A stretch of 32,000 bases of DNA from Prochlorococcus sp. MIT 0801 (lineage in GTDB: Bacteria > Cyanobacteriota > Cyanobacteriia > PCC-6307 > Cyanobiaceae): positions 90,001-122,000 of the forward strand of contig NZ_CP007754.1 in assembly GCF_000757865.1 (NCBI RefSeq), read 5' to 3'. The translations under genes and the position numbers were made by a program. The notes beneath the pieces are model-generated. The model did no database searches and was not told the DNA's origin. It saw only the letters and a list, made by a program, of their open reading frames with translations. Shown here in pieces: positions 8,573 through 16,539 of this stretch. The stretch's first letter is position 1, and each line of letters begins with the position of its first letter.

Positions 8573-8967
8573 TAGTGTGGTAAATATAAATCACGATTAC
8601 TTGCTATTTCTCCTTCTTCTTTGAAAAAGTCTCTTAAAATAGCTTCTTCATTATTAGTAACGTATGTACCACAATCATTTCGAATTCTTCCTATTGTAAA
8701 CTCCCAAAGATCCTCTAAAAATTTATCATCTTCAGGAAAGGCGACAAATTTTAAATAAGTATTATTTAATGCAAACTCACTTGAAGATTCTGACGAAAAT
8801 CCTTTTTCCTTAGCTTCGCAGAATTTACTTGCAAATCTTTTTCCAACTGCATTTTGAGCTGCCGTTAAATCCAATTCTAATGCTTGTGAAATTGATATCT
8901 GCAAGAAAAAAATGACAAAGAACCCTAAAATAATTACTATAAAAGATTCTTTTGTATTTATTTTCAT
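8572..8967 (-). CDS. secreted or periplasmic hypothetical protein (131 aa)
   Basis: ATG ORF with a signal-peptide-like N-terminus (FIVIILGFFVIFFLQISISQA). Its stop overlaps the oxidoreductase start by 1 nt (TAATG), implying an operon. Confidence 0.65.
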   Translation of the reverse strand: MKINTKESFIVIILGFFVIFFLQISISQALELDLTAAQNAVGKRFASKFCEAKEKGFSSESSSEFALNNTYLKFVAFPEDDKFLEDLWEFTIGRIRNDCGTYVTNNEEAILRDFFKEEGEIASNRDLYLPH

Positions 8968-9000
8968 AATAAAAATTACAAATTTCTTTTATAGAACCAA

Positions 9001-9045
9001 TAACTAGCTATTAATAATTATTTACTACTTATTAATAGCTAGTTA
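9001..9045. repeat. 17-bp perfect inverted repeat (TAACTAGCTATTAATAA / TTATTAATAGCTAGTTA) with an 11-nt spacer
   Basis: Read directly. Arms are at 9001-9017 and 9029-9045, 34 nt upstream of the start codon at 8967 of the minus-strand operon. Candidate operator or 5' UTR hairpin. Confidence 0.6.
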
Positions 9046-9817
9046 ATAATTATCATACGCAATTACATTATATATAAAAATAAAAAAAGTGACTGCAAAT
9101 AATTTAAATCCACAAATTATTAGCTTTTCAGAGCAATTATATTAATCTCTACCACTTACAGGTATTAATAGCATTGATGCTTATTTTCATGAATCGAATC
9201 GTGCAGTGGCATGGAATAGTGATCGATATTTAGGGCCGGCATATTCAATTAATGGCTCTACTGCCGTTTTTTCTCCAACTTTGCGGATATCAATGGCGTA
9301 CTTAATTCGGGTTTTACGCCCTCACTGCTAATTTAATAGCTTGCAAACCAATTTCTTATACAGATTCTCAAAAAGTAGATATAGGTAAAGGATTTGGCGC
9401 AATAAACGCATTAGCTAATCTTACTTTTGTATAGGTTTAAAAGGTCGGAAACAAAGTCGGAACAATACGACTTTGTTTTAATAGTCTTCTCTTCTTTTCT
9501 TTTTCCTCTGAGGGTTTTCTTGCATAATCCTGTAATTATTTAAAGTTAATACATTGCATGTACGAAAATCCAAAAGATTTGCGAAGGTGTTGATGTATAG
9601 TACACTAGTATTAGTTTTAGTTGTTCGAAGTGGAAATTCTCTCTACCCTTTTTATTTTGCAAAGCATACTATTGATTGCTTCAAGTGCTATGTCTTCGCG
9701 TTCAAGTAATTAAGTTCTTATTTAGTCTGTTTAGATTTTTGAAACGTACTAACTTGTTCGGTATTCCCCTTCTCGTTGAGTTGATCTACATAGTTAATGT
9801 TATTTTTATTTATAGAC

Positions 9818-9925
9818 ATGAATTCTGGCGCTGAACGTTTCAACGGCTTGATGGCGATGTTAGGCATAGTTGCAGGTGTAGGAGCATATGCTACTACCGG
9901 CCAATTCATACCAGGCATTTTCTAA
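9818..9925 (+). CDS. hli: short high-light-inducible protein (HLIP, CAB/ELIP/HLIP family), diverged
   Basis: MNSGAERFNGLMAMLGIVAGVGAYATTGQFIPGIF carries the HLIP helix motif E..NG..AM.G and the TGQ.IPGIF ending. An alternative in-frame ATG lies at 9797. The track ORF 9718..9918 on the minus strand is its antisense. Confidence 0.7.
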   Translation: MNSGAERFNGLMAMLGIVAGVGAYATTGQFIPGIF

Positions 9926-9941
9926 CTTTCATATTCCCAAA

Positions 9942-9987
9942 AAAATAGTTAATAGATAATTTAAATCTATTAACTATTTTCGTTTTT
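9942..9987. terminator. bidirectional intrinsic terminator between convergent genes
   Basis: 16-bp perfect stem AAAATAGTTAATAGAT / ATCTATTAACTATTTT with a 7-nt loop. T-runs follow on both strands (cgttttt on +, ttttttggg on -). It sits between the hli stop (9925) and the minus-strand ORF stop (10015). Confidence 0.6.
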
Positions 9988-10014
9988 AAATCGACAATTT
10001 GATCTGTAATTAAA

Positions 10015-10185
10015 TCAGTCTTGATTTGTTTCTTCTGAACCGTTTAACGCAGGTGCATTCATTCCGTCATAGTCTGGTCCAACCATAACTCCTACGATTG
10101 CAAATAAAACAATAAACGCAATGCCTACAATAGGTGCTGTCGGTGCTGGGGTTGATAGTAAACCTCCAAAAAGTAATTGACTCAT
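10015..10185 (-). CDS. small membrane protein (56 aa)
   Basis: Minus-strand ATG (10183-10185) to TGA (10015-10017). Translates MSQLLFGGLLSTPAPTAPIVGIAFIVLFAIVGVMVGPDYDGMNAPALNGSEETNQD, with one clear TM helix. Below the track cutoff. Confidence 0.45.
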   Translation of the reverse strand: MSQLLFGGLLSTPAPTAPIVGIAFIVLFAIVGVMVGPDYDGMNAPALNGSEETNQD

Positions 10186-10610
10186 GAGACTGATATAAAG
10201 GATTATCTTTTTAGCGAAAAAATATACTCAACGTGTAACATAAACAAATTTCTACTTTTTTTATTTATCTTTGTTGCAACATAAATAGTTTGAATATTTA
10301 ATTCTTTGGTCTGAATAATTTGTATTACATGATTGATTGGAGTTTCTCTCCTTTGGAATGAGCTGTCCTCTTTCTACAATCATCTTCAAATCTTTATTTT
10401 TTTCTAAATTTGTAGATTAATTTATCGACTTAGATTTTTTTTGCTATCATTTTTACATGTTTATTTACGGAGGTGATCCATTGTCGCATCTACTAATCGG
10501 TCAAGAGTCAATGGCTAGAAAAAATTTTGTTTTTTCTGTTACTTTTGCCTCGAACGGTTTTATTATTAATAGATTTATATAGTTAGATTTGTATTTAGCT
10601 ATTAATTTTT

Positions 10611-10639
10611 AAGCCAGCTGCTTAGCAGCTGGCTTTTTT
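10611..10639 (+). terminator. strong rho-independent terminator
   Basis: GC-rich 11-bp stem AAGCCAGCTGC / GCAGCTGGCTT with a 3-nt loop, followed by TTTTTT on the + strand only. Confidence 0.75.
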
Positions 10640-10766
10640 ATGCTAAAACTCCTTTCCAGATCTATATTTGTATTCGGATAATCCAAATTCAATATTTTTT
10701 AGTAGTCTCTTGAAATATATTTTAAAAAGGTTAGGCTAAAAGCATATAAGTCACCATCTTATTTCG

Positions 10767-10925
10767 ATGTCAAATAAAGAAAGAATTGAAGTTGCAGAAC
10801 AAAGGATAATTGAGTTGAAAACTTTAATTAATCACTGGAAGACAAGTAATATTTCATCAAGAAGAGCTACTGTAGATTTTGTCGATGCCATTCTTTCTGA
10901 TAGAGATGGTACTCAAGCAGCCTAA
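10767..10925 (+). CDS. small hypothetical protein (52 aa)
   Basis: ATG 10767 to TAA 10923-10925. Translates MSNKERIEVAEQRIIELKTLINHWKTSNISSRRATVDFVDAILSDRDGTQAA, which looks helical and coiled-coil-like. Confidence 0.4.
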   Translation: MSNKERIEVAEQRIIELKTLINHWKTSNISSRRATVDFVDAILSDRDGTQAA

Positions 10926-11003
10926 TTTATTAAGTTCTAGTAACTTTAAAATTTACGGTAAACAACATGAATTAACTAAACTACTAAATATTTTTGAATA
11001 ATA

Positions 11004-11528
11004 ATGAAAATTAGCCGTAATTTAATCTTGAAACAATATATTTGGAGTGGTTTACATAAATTAACTAATAGCTTTAGCATTTTAAAAGTTAATAATCTTG
11101 GAAATGGGTATGTAAAATGTATTTGGGAAATTGATAAGATTGATAATTTCCGGATTGAGTTTAGTAATAGCTGTTTTTGTGCTATCAGATTATTTGATAT
11201 AAGTAATAATAGAAGGAGAAATGATTCAACTTGTATTATGAAAGAGATTGAGATCAGTAAATATCAATCTTCTATCACATTTCCTATCCCCGTAAACAAA
11301 GGTGTATATTATTTTGAGTTTGGATATCGTAAGAAAGATGGTAGTTGGAGAAAACTTGCATATCAGAAGTTAAACTTGGGGTATAGGATAAAAAAAATTC
11401 AAAATCTTGATAATGATAATTGGTTTGATTCTATAATAAGAAATAATGAGCTTGGTCTACATGAAAAGGCTTATCAAATTTCATTAAATACTGCAATTGG
11501 TGGTTCTGAGAAAGTTTTTAAAGAATGA
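11004..11528 (+). CDS. DUF4912-like domain protein
   Basis: The pattern (Y)VKCIWEI..., IRLFDIS..., YYFEFGYRKKDGSWRKLA..., HEKAY...GGSE resembles the DUF4912 signature as I recall it (aYaYWei / lRlyDvt / aElGy...dG.w..La). Confidence 0.65.
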   Translation: MKISRNLILKQYIWSGLHKLTNSFSILKVNNLGNGYVKCIWEIDKIDNFRIEFSNSCFCAIRLFDISNNRRRNDSTCIMKEIEISKYQSSITFPIPVNKGVYYFEFGYRKKDGSWRKLAYQKLNLGYRIKKIQNLDNDNWFDSIIRNNELGLHEKAYQISLNTAIGGSEKVFKE

Positions 11529-11869
11529 TAAAAAACAAATCATTAAATTAATTCTTCAGATGAGACTTTTTATATTAATAAAATCTTAGATCAATTTACA
11601 GACTGAAGCGAGCTTTGGAGATTACTTGTTCATAAAAAAGATTTCTATTGCATTCGACTATCTTGAGAATTAACAAGCAAAGTAATATTTAATTTTTGTA
11701 GGGTCAAATATTCTCTTAGTATCTTTTTTAGATATAAATTATTTATCTATGAGGATGTGAATTATTCATGAAACTTACTTTATTTAATAATAATTTTTCC
11801 CTTCAAAGTTGTATTTTCTATCAATACGAATGATTTTTGTTTTAAGCTTGTGGAAGCTAGATACTTATT

Positions 11870-12535
11870 TTGACTACTTATTTAATTACTGGATCCAATA
11901 GAGGTATTGGTTTAGAACTTGTTCGACAATTGAAAGATAGAGGAGAGGATGTGATAGCTACTTGTAGATCTACTTCTCCAGAATTGAATTCCTTGTCAGT
12001 AAGAGTTGAGACAAATATTGATATCACTTCAGGAGACTCTGTCGTTAAGCTTAGAGACAATTTAAAAGATTCTAGTATTGACGTCTTGATTCAAAATGCT
12101 GGAATTGCAGAATTTAACTCTCTTTCCAATTTAGATCCTCAAAGTATTGTTCATCAATTCGAGGTAAATGCATTAAGTCCTTTATGTTGTGTTCATACTT
12201 TGCTCAGTAAGCTCAGTAAATCTGCAAAAATAGCTTTAATAAGTAGTCGTATGGGTTCAATAGAGGACAATAATTCTGGTGGTTCATATGGATATAGGAT
12301 GTCAAAAGTTGCTTTATGTATGGCTGGCAAATCTTTATCAGTTGATTTAAAGCCTAGAGGTATTTCGGTTGGAATTTTACATCCAGGTTTAGTCAGTACT
12401 CGAATGACAGGATTTACTTCTAATGGTATTCATCCTACAGAATCAGTCAAAGGACTAATTGATAGAATTGATGAACTTACACTTGAAAATACAGGTAACT
12501 TCTGGCATTCAAATGGCGAGGTCTTACCTTGGTAA
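11870..12535 (+). CDS. short-chain dehydrogenase/reductase (SDR)
   Basis: TTG start directly before the Rossmann motif ITGSNRGIGLELV. Also has NAG, the catalytic S...YRMSK (YxxxK) and PG.V.T motifs. Confidence 0.9.
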   Translation: MTTYLITGSNRGIGLELVRQLKDRGEDVIATCRSTSPELNSLSVRVETNIDITSGDSVVKLRDNLKDSSIDVLIQNAGIAEFNSLSNLDPQSIVHQFEVNALSPLCCVHTLLSKLSKSAKIALISSRMGSIEDNNSGGSYGYRMSKVALCMAGKSLSVDLKPRGISVGILHPGLVSTRMTGFTSNGIHPTESVKGLIDRIDELTLENTGNFWHSNGEVLPW

Positions 12536-12569
12536 AAAAAATTTTTATATAATTATTTAACGCTTGAAA

Positions 12570-12839
12570 TTATACCCTTCCTAATGTTTCTCTTAACTTT
12601 TTAACAAAGCTAATACCAACTCCGGGTATCGTTAAAAGTTCTTCATCAGAAGCAGAGATAATTGATTCAGGTGTCAGGTATCCTGCTTCATAGAAATTAT
12701 TGCAGTTTTTTGTTCCAATGCCAGGTATAGATGTGAGGTTTTCAGACCTATCTGAAAAGTCTCCTTTTTGGACGTTAAAAATACTTAAAATGTTTAAAAG
12801 ATTCTTTTTTGTATTTATTAAAATTTTTTTAATCAACAT
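12570..12839 (-). CDS. helix-hairpin-helix DNA-binding domain protein (89 aa)
   Basis: Two HhH motifs: LTSIPGIGTKNCNNFYEAG and LLTIPGVGISFVKKL. Confidence 0.75.
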   Translation of the reverse strand: MLIKKILINTKKNLLNILSIFNVQKGDFSDRSENLTSIPGIGTKNCNNFYEAGYLTPESIISASDEELLTIPGVGISFVKKLRETLGRV

Positions 12840-13087
12840 ATTTTTTTGAAATCATATTATTAATATGCATTAGAAAAAACTTCTTGCAAGTATAAATACT
12901 TTCCTTTGATGATTGAATTACCAATTATTATGTAAAGATGTATTTGAAGATACAAAATTGACTCATATGTATAGATTTTTCTTATAAATTTGCTTGTTCT
13001 TATTAGTATTACTTGATTAATCTTCTGGTTGCTACTTGACTTTTGAATGAGATCCTCCAGATTGTTTTTAGATGTAAATCCCTTCCT

Positions 13088-13759
13088 TTGTTCATAACTG
13101 TATGTGGCCAAAAAGGTGGAGTAGCTAAAACTTGTACCTCAATTCATCTCGCAAGTGTATGGTCTTCCGAAGGGAAAAATGTTTGTTTAGTTGATGCTGA
13201 TAGAAACCGATCGGCTCTTGCTTATGGTTTAAGAGGTAATCTTAAATTTAATATTGTCCCTGTAGAGGCAGCTGCCAAAGCAACAAGATTCTCAGAAATT
13301 GTTATTACTGATGGACAAGCAAGTACTGATGAAGAAGAATTGAAACATTTAGCAGCTGGTTCTGACCTTGTTCTTTTGCCTACAGCGCCAAAAGCAAGAT
13401 CGGTTGAATTAACCGTAGAATTAGCCTCTTTGTTAAAACAGTTAAATATTCCTCATGCAGTGTTATTAGTTAAGGTTGACTTCCGTCAAAGGCGAATTGC
13501 AAATGAAGCAAGAGAAGCCTTACAAAAATTTGACTTAACTGTATTAGAAGGTGATATCCCTTTACTATCTGCTTTTGATAAAGCAGAAAACCAGGGATCA
13601 GCTGTGATTGATGCAGTAGACGATAAAGGTCGATCCGATCCCAGGCGAATGTCAGGTTGGTCGGCCTATTGTTCCATTGCTCAACAAATTCAATGCCAGA
13701 TTTCGAAGCACTTGTTAGACATCAACAAACCAGTCGAAGACCTGCCACTGAGCGCTTAA
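13088..13759 (+). CDS. ParA/MinD-family P-loop ATPase (orphan ParA-like)
   Basis: Deviant Walker A with signature lysine (CGQKGGVAKT), Walker A' (CLVDADRN) and Walker B (IVITDG). The track ORF begins at TTG 13043. I prefer TTG 13088 (MFITVCGQKGG...) by analogy with ParA N-termini, but the start is uncertain. Confidence 0.85.
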   Translation: MFITVCGQKGGVAKTCTSIHLASVWSSEGKNVCLVDADRNRSALAYGLRGNLKFNIVPVEAAAKATRFSEIVITDGQASTDEEELKHLAAGSDLVLLPTAPKARSVELTVELASLLKQLNIPHAVLLVKVDFRQRRIANEAREALQKFDLTVLEGDIPLLSAFDKAENQGSAVIDAVDDKGRSDPRRMSGWSAYCSIAQQIQCQISKHLLDINKPVEDLPLSA

Positions 13760-13929
13760 AACTAGTTGAACAACTGCCTATATCTACTCAAGCTCCTACC
13801 ACTGATGGAAAAAACCTTAGTACATTATTTTTTGGCTTAATCGGAGGATTACTTGGATCAATTATTGGAACAGGGCTAATTTTTTATCTATCAACTAAAG
13901 AATTGATAGATTTTAATATTCTTTTTTAA
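13693..13929 (+). CDS. small membrane-anchored protein (78 aa) overlapping the parA-like 3' end
   Basis: ATG 13693 lies inside track ORF 13657..13929. Translates MPDFEALVRHQQTSRRPATERLKLVEQLPISTQAPTTDGKNLSTLFFGLIGGLLGSIIGTGLIFYLSTKELIDFNILF. Basic N-terminus plus a Gly-rich TM helix. Overlaps the ParA-like frame by 67 nt. Confidence 0.45.
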   Translation: MPDFEALVRHQQTSRRPATERLKLVEQLPISTQAPTTDGKNLSTLFFGLIGGLLGSIIGTGLIFYLSTKELIDFNILF

Positions 13930-13956
13930 AGTTTGATTTTAGTCAAACTTTTTTTA
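13928..13956. terminator. bidirectional hairpin terminator between convergent genes
   Basis: Stem AAAGTTTGA / TCAAACTTT with a 6-nt loop, flanked by T-runs on both strands. It lies between stop 13929 (+) and stop 13958 (-). Confidence 0.5.
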
Positions 13957-13957
13957 T

Positions 13958-15793
13958 TTATAAATTAGATTCGTGTGTTCTTTTTGCTATTTCTACCATA
14001 TTAAAAAAAGTTTGAGATTGCTTCAGTAATTGTTGGTAATCTCCAAATGCAACTATCTCCCCCGCGTTAAATTCATATATGCAATCTGATCTCTCAATTG
14101 TAGATAATCTGTGGGCAATCGTGACTATTGTGCAACGTCTACCTATAATTTCTATTGCGTTCATTACCTCAGCTTCTGTTCTGTTATCTAAGGCACTAGT
14201 TGCTTCATCTAAAACTAATAATTTTGATTGTCTATAAAAAGCTCTTGCTATTGCTAGTCGTTGTCGTTGTCCACCAGACAATCTGATACCATTTTCACCA
14301 ACTGAGGAATGTAAACCCATTGGCATTTGTGATACCAAATCTGCTAATTGAGCTGCCCTAAGTGCATCCCAGACTCTTTCATGATCAATTATTTGTTCAT
14401 CTAAACCATATGCAATATTTTGAATAATATTGCTATTTAATAATGTAATTGATTGGGGAACGTAAGAGCAACAATCCTGCCAAGCAGGCACTTCTGTATC
14501 AGTTACTGCAACTCCATCCAATAGCAAATGTCCGTCTGTTGGTCTCAGAAGACATAGTAATTGATTCGCTGTGGTGGTTTTTCCACTTCCAGTTTCTCCT
14601 ACAAAAGCTATTCGTGAACCAATGGGAATAGTCAGGTTAATGCTTTTTAAAGTGTATTCGTTGCTGTTGGGATACTTATAACTCAGTTTCTGAAGTTTTA
14701 TGTTGTTTCTCGGCTCAATCCCTTCTTTTTTCGGTACGCCTATGGATCTTTTAGTTAGCCTAGTAGAAGGAAGTTCTATCAACTTTAAGATCTCCTCTAA
14801 ATCAGGTATTGATGCACGCATTGAAGTCAATGCTCTAAATGAATCTTGTAATGGCGGAGTTAGTTTTAATGCAGCTACTGCAATCGTTGCTAAGAATGGA
14901 ACTATCTCAATTAGTATTGAATCGTTCTTTCCAGTGATGTATGGGAAAAGACCAATAGCAAAAATTAAAGTGATACCAAAAGGCTCTATCAATGACCTAG
15001 GTAATTCAGGTAAAACCTCAGCTTTCCAAATGAAAGGGAAAGAGCTTTTGCTTGCTAATTTATACCTTTTTTCGAAGTAAGGTTCTGAGCTAGTAAGGTG
15101 AACATCAATAATTGTTCGCATTGATTCTGAGAGAATATTATTTGTTTCTTTCTCTAATTTGATTCTTTGACGAGAAGAATATCTTATGAAAGGTGTTATA
15201 AATAATGAAATAAATATATAAAACAATAAGAGACTTATTATTAAATAAAGAGCTATCGATTTTGCGATAAAAAGAACAGCAATACATATAAAAGTAATCA
15301 CACATAACCCACTAGAAATCTGAAGTATTGGTTTGACTAGAAATTCTGAGACTCTAGAAATGTTGATTAAAACTTTTGATGATAAATCAGATTTTTTCTT
15401 GTTTAAGAAGAATTCGTATGATTGAGATAATAATTTTTTCTGGGCTAATTCTGATAAGTCCTTCCACACTGCTACCCGAAGTCTTTCTTGTGATGCTTTA
15501 AGAAATAATTTCGAAAATGAGGCTAGCCAATTCATTGCTATATATATGATGACTAGACTGATAACCTTTGTTTTTGGATCTTCAGGTATGAAATTTTGAA
15601 ACGGTAAGGGAGGTTGATTAGGTTGGCCTATGAAAACAGTAAATAATCTAGAAACAAGTCCAACTACAATTACATCTACTAATCCAGTCAAGGCTGCTAC
15701 AGGAATTAATTTCAACAGAGACCTTCTTCTTCTGACTGGTAGTGCCTTAAGCAGGCGCATTAATAGATGATATGTTTTGCTAGTACCAATCAT
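13958..15793 (-). CDS. ABC exporter, fused permease and ATPase (MsbA-like)
   Basis: N-terminal six-helix TMD. Walker A GETGSGKTT, signature LSGGQRQRLAIARA, Walker B LLVLDEATSALD and H-loop IAHRL. No N-terminal C39 peptidase domain. Confidence 0.9.
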   Translation of the reverse strand: MIGTSKTYHLLMRLLKALPVRRRRSLLKLIPVAALTGLVDVIVVGLVSRLFTVFIGQPNQPPLPFQNFIPEDPKTKVISLVIIYIAMNWLASFSKLFLKASQERLRVAVWKDLSELAQKKLLSQSYEFFLNKKKSDLSSKVLINISRVSEFLVKPILQISSGLCVITFICIAVLFIAKSIALYLIISLLLFYIFISLFITPFIRYSSRQRIKLEKETNNILSESMRTIIDVHLTSSEPYFEKRYKLASKSSFPFIWKAEVLPELPRSLIEPFGITLIFAIGLFPYITGKNDSILIEIVPFLATIAVAALKLTPPLQDSFRALTSMRASIPDLEEILKLIELPSTRLTKRSIGVPKKEGIEPRNNIKLQKLSYKYPNSNEYTLKSINLTIPIGSRIAFVGETGSGKTTTANQLLCLLRPTDGHLLLDGVAVTDTEVPAWQDCCSYVPQSITLLNSNIIQNIAYGLDEQIIDHERVWDALRAAQLADLVSQMPMGLHSSVGENGIRLSGGQRQRLAIARAFYRQSKLLVLDEATSALDNRTEAEVMNAIEIIGRRCTIVTIAHRLSTIERSDCIYEFNAGEIVAFGDYQQLLKQSQTFFNMVEIAKRTHESNL

Positions 15794-15982
15794 TTTATAA
15801 AATTACTTAATTTTGAGAAATTATTTATGCTTATTCAGCCAGTTCCTTGGGTGTTTGGTTATGAGTTTTAACGCCAATGCTATTAAAGGCACAAAGAAAA
15901 TTTTGAAGAAATATGCTTCAGAGATTATTAAATTTATTTTGATTTGACTATTATTTAAGCTTGATTTACATTTAAATATGGA

Positions 15983-16492
15983 TTAATATCTTTGTTGGGA
16001 TACAAAATATCCCAATAAGATTAATATAATTAATGGCATTAAATAAATAATAATTATAAAACCAGATAAAAAGATAAATATAGTTAAAAAGATAGAAAAT
16101 CCTATTAAAATAATTCTCAGAAGTCTTTTGATTCGATTTAGCCAAAAGATACCTTTAAGTTTTTCTAGATTGATTTCTAATTGTCTACGACTAAGATATA
16201 GTTCCTTAAGTTGTGTTTGGTAGCAATTAATTGAGTTATTTAATTTTGTTTTGTATACATTCTTTCCAATTTGTTCTATAAAATTATTCGTTTTTGAGAA
16301 TGTAGAACGTAATTTTACAATCTGTGCTTCAACTAGCGCTTTGTTATTCTCAAAGATTTTTTGATCAATCTCTATAATTTTAGTTTGGATTTGATCTTCT
16401 AAGGAAAAATTTTCATATGAATTATATTGCACAATTTGATGACTACTATTTTTTTGATATTTAAAAAATTTAAAAAAGTTTGCTCTCAACAT
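15983..16492 (-). CDS. coiled-coil membrane protein (169 aa), unknown function
   Basis: ATG ORF with an N-terminal helical or coiled-coil region, then two very hydrophobic C-terminal helices (ILIGFSIFLTIFIFLSGFIIIIYLMPLIILILLGYFV). Confidence 0.6.
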   Translation of the reverse strand: MLRANFFKFFKYQKNSSHQIVQYNSYENFSLEDQIQTKIIEIDQKIFENNKALVEAQIVKLRSTFSKTNNFIEQIGKNVYKTKLNNSINCYQTQLKELYLSRRQLEINLEKLKGIFWLNRIKRLLRIILIGFSIFLTIFIFLSGFIIIIYLMPLIILILLGYFVSQQRY

Positions 16493-16539
16493 TTGACTGA
16501 CTATTATCTAAGATAGATATCTATGCGAATATTATAACC

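Noticed and set aside
9718-9918. 66-aa minus-strand ORF
   Set aside because: It is antisense to the + strand HLIP gene, whose E..NG..AM.G and TGQ.IPGIF motifs are recognisable. The minus-frame protein has no features, and part of it runs into the intergenic region.
12860-13111. 83-aa minus-strand ORF in the HhH/parA intergenic region
   Set aside because: Its composition is AT-rich and low-complexity (Ile/Tyr/Lys). It overlaps the ParA-like 5' end and the likely divergent promoters, and it looks non-coding.
14449-15080. + strand ORFs 14449..14631 and 14700..15080
   Set aside because: Both are embedded antisense within the well-supported ABC exporter gene.
13958-15793. ABC exporter as a bacteriocin or lanthipeptide (prochlorosin-type) export system, with nearby small ORFs as precursor peptides
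   Set aside because: The exporter has no N-terminal C39 peptidase domain. None of the small ORFs I translated has a double-glycine or Nif11-type leader, and there is no modification enzyme nearby.
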